Source: Afipia sp. 64-13 | Lineage (GTDB): Bacteria > Pseudomonadota > Alphaproteobacteria > Rhizobiales > Xanthobacteraceae | Assembly (NCBI GenBank): GCA_001897755.1 | Contig: MKUJ01000003.1 | Coordinates: 298,370-362,369 of the forward strand | DNA: 64,000 nucleotides | Direction of reading: 5' to 3' | Shown: positions 37,025 to 44,497 of the stretch, piece by piece | Layout: each line of letters starts with the position of its first letter | Numbering within the stretch: position 1 is the first letter of the stretch | Position numbers and translations under genes: made by a program | Notes under the pieces: model-generated | What the model saw: the letters and a program-made list of their open reading frames with translations, nothing else | What the model was told of the DNA's origin: nothing | The model's database searches: none

Positions 37025-38731
37025 TCAGAAAACAGGTGTCTCTCGATACGTCCCCCAAACCTTCTTCAGTTCCTCAACAATGTCCCCCATCGTCGCCCCC
37101 GATCGCACCAGTTCGATCGTGATCGGCATAATGTTCTGGGAGGGATCGCGCGCGACGTCGACAAGTTGTTTCATGAGCAATTCGAACCGGACCGGATCAC
37201 GGTTTCGTCGCACGCTCTGCGTGCGCTTGACTTGGCGGTCGGCGGTCGTCTGATCATAGGGGTGAGTGTGAATTGCAGGATCAGGCGTACCGTCGACAAA
37301 GCAGTTAACGCCAATAACCGGCTTTTCACCCGACTGTTTCCGCAAAGCAGTTTCGTACGCAAAGTCGGCGATATGCCGCTGGAACCAACCATCCGCAATC
37401 AGCTTAAGCGTACCTCCGCGGCTCTCGACATCCTCGAGGATCTCGAAAATTCGCCGCTCGTATTCTGTCGTCAGCGATTCAACGTAGTAGGAGCCGCCGA
37501 GTGGGTCAGTGACCTGAGTAACATTTGTTTCCTCGGCGATTACCTGCTGCGTACGGAGCGCCATACGCATAGCGTCTTCGGTCGGAATCGCGAACGCTTC
37601 GTCGTATCCATTCGTATGAAGCGATTGACACCCACCGAGCACGGCAGCCAACGCCTGCATCGAGGTTCGAATGACGTTGACCATGTACTGCGGCTTGGTC
37701 AGCGACGCAGCCGCAGTCTGGCAGTGGAATCGAAGGCGCATTGACTCAGGATTTTTCGCGCCAAATCGCTCCTTCATGATCTTCGCGTAACAGCGCCGAA
37801 GGGCACGAAACTTGGCAACCTCTTCGAAGAAATCAGCCTGGCAAACGAAGAAGAACGCCAAGCGAGGCGCAAAGTCATCAATCTTCATTCCCGTTTTGAG
37901 AACCTCTTCGACATAAACGATAAGGTTCGCAAGGGTAAAGGCCGCTTCATGAAGGGGCGACGAGCCTGCTTCTGAGATATGGTACCCCGATATATTAATC
38001 GGGTTATACCGCTTCATGTTCTTGGCACTGTAAGTGATAATGTCGCGAACGATGCGAACCGACGGCTCAACTGGAAAAATGTATTCTTTCTGTGCCATAT
38101 ATTCTTTGAGAATATCGGCTTGAACCGTACCCGAAAGTTTGTTGAGGTCGTAACCTCGTTTCTCCGCCAGTACGATGTACATCGCCAGGAGAATCCAGGC
38201 GGACGGATTAATTGTCATCGAAACCGAAATCTTTTCGAGGTCGATGTCGGCAAACAGCGCCTCCATATCGGCAAGCGTATCGATGGCAACGCCCTCGCGG
38301 CCAACCTCACCCTCGCTCATGGGATGGTCAGAATCGTACCCCATCAACGTCGGCATATCGAAGTCAGTTGAAATGCCGGTCTGGCCCTGTGCGATCAGGT
38401 ACTTGAAGCGGACGTTGGTATCCTCGCCCGTGCCAAAACCGGCGATCTGACGCATCGTCCAGTTCCGCGATCGATACATCGTTGGATAAGGACCACGGGT
38501 GAACGGATAACGCCCAGGCAATCCGATATCCTCGATCGGCGTCCTCTCAAGGTCCGCAGCCGTATAAGTGCGCTTGACCGGGAAATCACCAAGCGTAAAA
38601 AATTCGCTTTTGCGTTCTTTCTGCTTGCCAAGGAAGGTCGCAACCTCGTTTTCTTCCCATGATTTCTCTTCTGCGCGAAGTTGATCAATCGCCTTCTGAG
38701 ACAGTGGTTGATAGCCAGACGACTTGGTCAT
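37025..38731 (-). CDS. hcmA: 2-hydroxyisobutyryl-CoA mutase large (substrate-binding) subunit, methylmalonyl-CoA mutase family
   Basis: 568 aa with an acyl-CoA mutase TIM-barrel sequence. The specificity positions read WTMRQIAGFGTGED (Ile where MCM has Tyr and ICM has Phe) and GISTDFDMPT (Asp), the HcmA pattern as I recall it. Synteny fits too: a separate small B12 subunit, a MeaB-like GTPase and a CoA ligase. Confidence 0.8.
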   Translation of the reverse strand: MTKSSGYQPLSQKAIDQLRAEEKSWEENEVATFLGKQKERKSEFFTLGDFPVKRTYTAADLERTPIEDIGLPGRYPFTRGPYPTMYRSRNWTMRQIAGFGTGEDTNVRFKYLIAQGQTGISTDFDMPTLMGYDSDHPMSEGEVGREGVAIDTLADMEALFADIDLEKISVSMTINPSAWILLAMYIVLAEKRGYDLNKLSGTVQADILKEYMAQKEYIFPVEPSVRIVRDIITYSAKNMKRYNPINISGYHISEAGSSPLHEAAFTLANLIVYVEEVLKTGMKIDDFAPRLAFFFVCQADFFEEVAKFRALRRCYAKIMKERFGAKNPESMRLRFHCQTAAASLTKPQYMVNVIRTSMQALAAVLGGCQSLHTNGYDEAFAIPTEDAMRMALRTQQVIAEETNVTQVTDPLGGSYYVESLTTEYERRIFEILEDVESRGGTLKLIADGWFQRHIADFAYETALRKQSGEKPVIGVNCFVDGTPDPAIHTHPYDQTTADRQVKRTQSVRRNRDPVRFELLMKQLVDVARDPSQNIMPITIELVRSGATMGDIVEELKKVWGTYRETPVF

Positions 38732-38740
38732 ATTTGATTC

Positions 38741-39703
38741 CTATCTAATCGAAACGGCGACGAGTTCGGTCGCAGAAGTGTATGGGTCGGATTCACGACG
38801 CTGCAGGCGATCGGCGATGGACGGCCTGAACTGCGCTGACTCGCGCGCAAAGCGCTCCATCAGGATCGTCTCAGCCGTCTTTTGAAGGCGGAAGTTGGCG
38901 ATCGACGCGCGACGACGAACACCGCCTTCGCCGTCAAAAGCGACGCGGCGATGGTCTTGCAGTGCCTTAATGAGGTCACCAAAGCCTTCGCCGGTGTACG
39001 AACTGACGCCGACGACGCGGGTCTTCCAATCCGATGCGGCCGCCAATCCGACGCCCAAGGTCAACATCTGCTTGATGTCAACTAACGTCTTGTTTGCGTC
39101 ACTTCGATCGCACTTTGACACGACATGAATATCGGCGATTTCCAGCATGCCGGCCTTGATCGCCTGGATCTCATCACCAAGTCCCGGCGCCGATACGACA
39201 ACGGTCGTATTTGACGCCTTAACGATCTCGACCTCATCCTGCCCGACGCCGACAGTCTCGATAATGATTGTATCGAAGCCCGCTACATCGAGGATATCGA
39301 CCGTATCGAGTGTCGCGCGAGCCATGCCGCCGACAGCGCCGCGCGTCGCCATACTCCGGATATATATACCGTCGTCATTCGCCAGGTCGGACATCCTCAC
39401 CCGATCACCGAGGATGGAGCCCCCGGAGTATGGGCTGGACGGATCGATCGCGACGATGCCAACAGTTAAACCACTCTCTCGGAGCCGCGCCGTTAACGCT
39501 GCGACAAGCGTGGACTTTCCGCTACCCGGAACTCCAGTGATACCGATCACATGCGAGCGGCCTGCCCTTTTATAGATCTGAGACAGAGCCTCACGTGCTT
39601 CGGTCGAGCCAGACTCCGCGCGCGACATAAGTCGCCCAATTGCGGCGATTTCGCCGGCCGCAATTCGGTCGACCAACTCTATCGAAGGCACATAACGCGT
39701 CAT
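38741..39703 (-). CDS. MeaB/ArgK-family G3E GTPase, mutase chaperone (MeaH-like in hcm loci)
   Basis: 320 aa with P-loop GVPGSGKST, switch motifs and a VVSKCD (NKxD-like) motif. Confidence 0.85.
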   Translation of the reverse strand: MTRYVPSIELVDRIAAGEIAAIGRLMSRAESGSTEAREALSQIYKRAGRSHVIGITGVPGSGKSTLVAALTARLRESGLTVGIVAIDPSSPYSGGSILGDRVRMSDLANDDGIYIRSMATRGAVGGMARATLDTVDILDVAGFDTIIIETVGVGQDEVEIVKASNTTVVVSAPGLGDEIQAIKAGMLEIADIHVVSKCDRSDANKTLVDIKQMLTLGVGLAAASDWKTRVVGVSSYTGEGFGDLIKALQDHRRVAFDGEGGVRRRASIANFRLQKTAETILMERFARESAQFRPSIADRLQRRESDPYTSATELVAVSIR

Positions 39704-41130
39704 GACGCGCCTCCGATCTTGAGCTGATTGTTCATATCCCGGAACACAGCACGATCGTCGATAACTCGACGAGCTTTAAAATCGGTGCGTGGCAAGGTGC
39801 CCTTTGGAACGATCTCCGCTTTTGTGCGCAGCCCCAAAAGTTTTTGTATGCGACGGCTCACCTCATCTCTGAACTGATCAGCACCACCGTTAAGCGCTGA
39901 GCTCTCATTGCATTCGACGCGCAGGAGCAACTCGTCCATCGCAGCGTCTCTCGTAATGATGATTTGATGCTCGCCGCCATAGCTGGGCATCTCGTTGAGC
40001 GCAGCGTCTATCTCACTAGGATAGACGTTCTCTCCGCGGATCGTGAACATGTCATCAATCCGACCGAAAATTCCTTGCGGCAGTCGTGGATATGTTCGAC
40101 CACACGGATTAGGATCGTCGGTCCAGAGAGTCAGATCTCCGGACGCGAGTCGGATCATGGGCTGCGATGTACGCTCGAGGTGCGTATATACGGGCGTACC
40201 GCGTTTCCCGTAAGGGACGCGACGCATCGTGTTTGGATCACAAACTTCCGTATAAACGACGTCCTGCCAGCACAACATTCCTTCCGTTTCGGCAGATCCC
40301 GCCACGTTCATCCACGGCGACATTTCAGCCATGGAGCCCGAGTCAAACACCTTTGCACCGTAAAGATCAGCGATACGATCGCGCACGCCCGGGATCGACG
40401 CGCCCGGCTCACCTGAAAAGAACATGTATTTCAGGCCAAAGTCTCTGGGATTGAGACCCTCGTCAGTCGCGGTCTGCGCGAGATGAAGCGCGTAAGTTGG
40501 CGTGCCATAGAACCCGGCAGGCTTCATGGAATCGAGCCATTGAGCGCAACGCGCCGTCATACCGGGCGCTCCGGCACCAAACGGAAATGCCTTCGCGCCG
40601 AGACGTTCAGCTCCCGCCAATGCACCCCAGCTTCCCATATAGAGGCTAAGGATTGCGGCGATGCAGATCATATCTCCCGGACGCATTCCCATCGCCCACA
40701 TAATCCGAGCGTGAGCATTTGCGATTGTCGACCAGTCGTTGCGACCGATTGCGAATGCTGTCGGCCGCCCCGTCGTTCCACTGGTCCCATGGATATGGAA
40801 GATCTCGCTATCAGGTACGCAGAGGTAGTCACCGAAAGGCGGTGCGAGTGCCTGCGAATCACGAAGGTCTTTTTTGGAGACGACTGGGACTTTATCTTCA
40901 AAGTCCTCAAGGGAGCGCAGATGCTCAGGATGGAATCCTGCCTCATCCCATTTGCGACGATAGAATGCTGAATTCGCGTAGGCGTAACGGCAAACCAATT
41001 GAATCCGCTCAAGGATCGCCTTCTCGCGCTCCGCTGCCGGCATCGTTTCCCGTTTTGGAAACCAGTAGCGGCTATCTGAAGGCGGTAGATACGATGCATC
41101 GTACGCCGCGGGGAATGACCAATACTCCAT
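39700..41130 (-). CDS. hcl: Phenylacetate-CoA-ligase-like adenylate-forming enzyme; candidate 2-hydroxyisobutyrate-CoA ligase
   Basis: 476 aa of the PaaK-type ANL family (…HGTSGTTGRPT…, …YGTPTY…). Its position between the meaB-like gene and hcmB matches the described hcm locus organisation. Confidence 0.7.
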   Translation of the reverse strand: MEYWSFPAAYDASYLPPSDSRYWFPKRETMPAAEREKAILERIQLVCRYAYANSAFYRRKWDEAGFHPEHLRSLEDFEDKVPVVSKKDLRDSQALAPPFGDYLCVPDSEIFHIHGTSGTTGRPTAFAIGRNDWSTIANAHARIMWAMGMRPGDMICIAAILSLYMGSWGALAGAERLGAKAFPFGAGAPGMTARCAQWLDSMKPAGFYGTPTYALHLAQTATDEGLNPRDFGLKYMFFSGEPGASIPGVRDRIADLYGAKVFDSGSMAEMSPWMNVAGSAETEGMLCWQDVVYTEVCDPNTMRRVPYGKRGTPVYTHLERTSQPMIRLASGDLTLWTDDPNPCGRTYPRLPQGIFGRIDDMFTIRGENVYPSEIDAALNEMPSYGGEHQIIITRDAAMDELLLRVECNESSALNGGADQFRDEVSRRIQKLLGLRTKAEIVPKGTLPRTDFKARRVIDDRAVFRDMNNQLKIGGAS

Positions 41131-41144
41131 GTCCGTAGCTCCAG

Positions 41145-41552
41145 TCAGCGCTCGCCGCGTTCGGAAACGAGGCGATTGAGCGTAGCGACAATGGCTTCCG
41201 GGGGGGTATCCTGGAGAAGAACCTCAGCGACACCCATCTTTTTGAGCTCGACAACGTCTTCGTCGGGCATCACACCACCCGCGACGACAATCATGTCTGT
41301 CGCGCCCTTGCTGCTCAGAAGCGCAAAAATTTTCGGGAAGACGGTGAGCTGCACGCCGGAAAGCAAGCTAACGCCCAAGACATCAACGTCTTCCTGAATG
41401 GCGGCGTTGACGACCTCCTCGGGCGTACGATGCAACCCCGAGTAAATGACATCCATTCCAGCGTCGCGAAGCGTACGAGCTACGACCTTCACACCGCGGT
41501 CGTGACCATCAAGGCCGACCTTCGCCAAAAGCACACGAATAGGTTGCGACAC
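41145..41552 (-). CDS. hcmB: 2-hydroxyisobutyryl-CoA mutase small (B12-binding) subunit
   Basis: 135 aa. It carries the base-off/His-on cobalamin-binding motif in VGLDGHDRG (DxHxxG), then ...SLLSG... and GG motifs. Confidence 0.8.
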   Translation of the reverse strand: MSQPIRVLLAKVGLDGHDRGVKVVARTLRDAGMDVIYSGLHRTPEEVVNAAIQEDVDVLGVSLLSGVQLTVFPKIFALLSSKGATDMIVVAGGVMPDEDVVELKKMGVAEVLLQDTPPEAIVATLNRLVSERGER

Positions 41553-41617
41553 AGTTTCCCCCTCATTATCAATCCGTTTTGGGTTTGAGTTCTGGGTTTT
41601 GTACTCCGCATATCGTG

Positions 41618-41645
41618 TTCAGAACTCTGAATTCAGAACTCTGAA
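41618..41645. promoter_or_regulatory. Two abutting copies of the palindromic 14-mer TTCAGAACTCTGAA; candidate GntR operator in the hcmB / gntR divergent region
   Basis: Read directly at 41618-41631 and 41632-41645. A partial inverted half-site (GAGTTCTG) lies at 41587-41594. The second copy ends at the regulator's ATG. Confidence 0.4.
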
Positions 41646-42361
41646 TGACTCAGGCTTGCGCTGGTGTCAAGCGCGATACATATTGCAGTGCGGAATCAGA
41701 AGAGGATGGCGTGGAGTCTTTAGAAACACCGCGGAGCTTGGTCGACCAAGCCTATGAAGTCATTCTGGATGCCTTGTGCGATGGCACCTTCAAGGCTGGC
41801 GAACGATTGACCCAGGAGGACATTGCCGCACGATTGAACGTTTCGCGTCAGCCGGTGACGCATGCCCTTGCCGTCTTAAAGGCGCAGGGCTTCGTAGCTC
41901 AGGGACGTCGTGGCGTGGTCGTAACGTCGGTTGAGCCCGATTTTTTTAGAGCAATCTATCAATTTAGATCTGCGGTCGAACCTCTCGCAGTACGACTTGC
42001 AACGCCCCACATAACGAAACAAGCAATCGTCCGCGGTCGGTCTTTAGTGGAGCACGGGCGCAATTTAGTTGTCGCTGGAGATAGCAGAGCGACCCTTCAA
42101 GCTGACATCGATTTCCATTCTTTTATTTACGAGCTATCCGGCAATCCGCTTATTTCTGAAACAATGCGATTGCATTGGCGCCATTTGCGGCGCGCTATGG
42201 GCGAAGTCCTTCGTCATCCGGGAATGTCAATAAGCGTCTGGCAGGAACACGGAAGAATTCTTGAGAGCATGATCCGCGGTGACGCCGACGCTGCGTCGGA
42301 ACTAATGCGTCGACACATAATTGATGCGGTTGAGCGAGTTGAGAGGACCGAAGAGCCATAG
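41645..42361 (+). CDS. GntR-family (FadR/FCD subfamily) transcriptional regulator
   Basis: 238 aa with a wHTH (...LTQEDIAARLNVSRQPVTHALAVLKAQGFV...) and an all-helical FCD-like C-terminal domain. The exact start is uncertain. Confidence 0.85.
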   Translation: MTQACAGVKRDTYCSAESEEDGVESLETPRSLVDQAYEVILDALCDGTFKAGERLTQEDIAARLNVSRQPVTHALAVLKAQGFVAQGRRGVVVTSVEPDFFRAIYQFRSAVEPLAVRLATPHITKQAIVRGRSLVEHGRNLVVAGDSRATLQADIDFHSFIYELSGNPLISETMRLHWRHLRRAMGEVLRHPGMSISVWQEHGRILESMIRGDADAASELMRRHIIDAVERVERTEEP

Positions 42362-42652
42362 ATGCCGAGAAAGTCACATCGTATCGACGTCTAAATCACA
42401 GCGATGACTACCGCGCAGGCTCCCGCTGCTCTACCTAAAAGCCCTTGAAGCGAGCGATCAGCATATCACCGAGACGATCGGTCCGGCCGGATAAGGCTTG
42501 CGCTGGAGGTCTTGTTCTTTCGGCGAAACTTGCCTCCAGCAAATCGCGTCTGCAATATCGATCTTGCGCTTTGTCACGGATTCGCCATCCGCAAATGTGA
42601 TTCATTCCCACGAGGTCAAATCGGACGCGGCTTGACCGGGACTGACGCTGGC

Positions 42653-42683
42653 AATTTTTCCGCAATTAGGTAGCAAACGCCAC
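42653..42683 (+). repeat. Left target-site duplication (aatttttc) + left terminal inverted repeat
   Basis: Read directly; see the mobile element entry. Confidence 0.75.
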
Positions 42684-42726
42684 CAGACTGCGATCTCATC
42701 GCCTGACATAATAACCCCATCTATAT

Positions 42727-43176
42727 TTGGGGTTTTTGATGGACGTTGTTCGCGAACTACGCCGCAAGCAGGATGATTTGAGAGCTGACCGCCAGGCACT
42801 GGCCGATCAAATGGCCGAAATCGACGATCAGATCGCGGCGTTCGACACTGTTATTCAGACTTACGAGCCGGATCATCTGCCGGCGAAGAAAAAACCTCGT
42901 CAGAACGGGAAACGCGGCAACTTTCTCGACGGATTGTTCGTAGGCGACAATCTCAACGCGCGCATTCTCAACACGCTGCGACTGGCGCAAACGCCGATTT
43001 CATCGCATGAATGTGCAACCCGCGTCGCTTTGCAAAAAGGTGTCGCGGAGGACGACCCGCGCATCTCCGATATCTCTGGCCGGGTTTCGATCCAATTGTC
43101 CAATCTCGCGAGAAACAACCGGGTCGAGCAGATCAAGGGAGATGGACGAGCCTCTCTTTGGCGGATTGCCGCCTAA
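42727..43176 (+). CDS. Hypothetical coiled-coil + putative winged-helix protein at the transposon left end
   Basis: The ORF starts at TTG 42727, but ATG 42739 (MDVVRELRRKQDDL...) is more likely. It has an N-terminal heptad-rich helix, a basic linker (KKKPRQNGKRG) and a C-terminal segment resembling a wHTH. Its stop codon interlocks with the transposase stop (cCTAAc). Confidence 0.5.
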   Translation: MGFLMDVVRELRRKQDDLRADRQALADQMAEIDDQIAAFDTVIQTYEPDHLPAKKKPRQNGKRGNFLDGLFVGDNLNARILNTLRLAQTPISSHECATRVALQKGVAEDDPRISDISGRVSIQLSNLARNNRVEQIKGDGRASLWRIAA

Positions 43177-44183
43177 CCCCGCCAGACGAAATCGAAATCT
43201 TTCGGCTTGTTGCCTTGGAAGTAGCCGCAGAGATTCCGGGACGTCGGGTGCATTAGAGAGCGCACGAGCATCTCCATCGTAAGTCGCCGATTGCCTTTGC
43301 GACGAAGGTCTTCGCGCCACGCAAGCTCTGCTGCGTACCAGTCGAGATACTTGACCGAAAATCGGTGATGGATTCCGCGGTACGATCGCCGGACACGCGA
43401 GAAGAAGCTCTCGATGATGTTGGTCGATACGCCTTCACCATGCGAGAACGCCTTGGAGTGGTTCACACGCGTGAGCGGATTCAGGCCGCAAAGTTCGTCA
43501 TAGGCCAGATGTTCGTCGGCATAGACGTGAGCTTCGCGGCTCACATGAGACTTAACCAGATCCCAGGCGCAGTTGGCGTTCTCGGACTGTGTTACGCGCG
43601 TCACCGTTTGCCCGCGCCATCCGCGCTCACGCACGGCCATAACGACGACGCGTTGCGGTGTCTCGATCGTACGTCGATCCACACGATCTTCCTTGCGGTT
43701 TTCCTGACGAACAAATCCTAACAAATACATGCCGTCGATCTCGACTTCACCGTCGAGCAGCATGTTTCCGCGACGGGCTGCCAGAGCCTCTCGCAACTTC
43801 ATCAGGTTCAACCAAGCCGTTTTATTTTGGACTCCCAGCTCGCGTGCGACCTGCAGTGCAGCCTTGCCCTTCGCGCCGTTTGCCGACATGGCGATGATCG
43901 CAAGAATCTGCCTGAACATGAGCTTCCGGCTGGCGAAGAGCGTTCCGCTCGTGACCGTGAACTCCTTCTTGCATTCCTTGAAGGAACACTTGAAGCGACG
44001 GCCGCGTGCCAACTCATAGCACCGTACGTTGCCGCACTCGGGACAAACCGGTTCGCCGTTGGTCAGGGGCCAACGCGCACGCTTGAACAAGCGATACGCG
44101 CCGGGTTCGGTCATTCGCATGACCTTCTGGAGCGGCAGATCGCGCGCGTCCTTGGAAAGGAGGAAATGCTGTCCCATCAGCAC
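43173..44183 (-). CDS. IS1595-family DDE transposase (N-terminal zinc ribbon + ISXO2-like DDE domain)
   Basis: 336 aa with the zinc ribbon CPECG...FKCSFKECKKEF, an HTH region (…GKAALQVARELGVQNKTAWL…) and a DDE core (…EIDGMYL…, …YADEHLAY…). Confidence 0.85.
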   Translation of the reverse strand: MLMGQHFLLSKDARDLPLQKVMRMTEPGAYRLFKRARWPLTNGEPVCPECGNVRCYELARGRRFKCSFKECKKEFTVTSGTLFASRKLMFRQILAIIAMSANGAKGKAALQVARELGVQNKTAWLNLMKLREALAARRGNMLLDGEVEIDGMYLLGFVRQENRKEDRVDRRTIETPQRVVVMAVRERGWRGQTVTRVTQSENANCAWDLVKSHVSREAHVYADEHLAYDELCGLNPLTRVNHSKAFSHGEGVSTNIIESFFSRVRRSYRGIHHRFSVKYLDWYAAELAWREDLRRKGNRRLTMEMLVRSLMHPTSRNLCGYFQGNKPKDFDFVWRG

Positions 44184-44497
44184 CTCCCCCGAGGGGAAGC
44201 CAGATGGTCAGCGTATGGACCAGCCCCCGACCGAAGTCGTCAGAGCAGCACCTTGATAATGATGATGGGAAACCATTGAATACCTCGTTCTTGCACACAC
44301 CGCAGTAATTTGCGTGGCGAACGAGCGTTTCCGGATCAGACGGCCCCAAGCATAGCCGGGACGCGTGCATGAAAACGGCGGTCTGTCCGCTCGCCACGCA
44401 AATCTATGGCTATGTGAGAACGATAGGTCATGGCGGCCTCTTATCCGGGATGCCCGGTCAGATCCAGACTGCGAAGGATTCAACGTAAGCGTGATGC

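Noticed and set aside
44184-44497. Looked for a second copy of the 23-bp inverted repeat just upstream of the transposase gene, which would define a small canonical ~1.5-kb IS nested at the left end.
   Set aside because: Only a 6-nt match (gtggcg) is found at ~44315. No convincing inverted repeat exists there, so the 11.8-kb boundaries are preferred.
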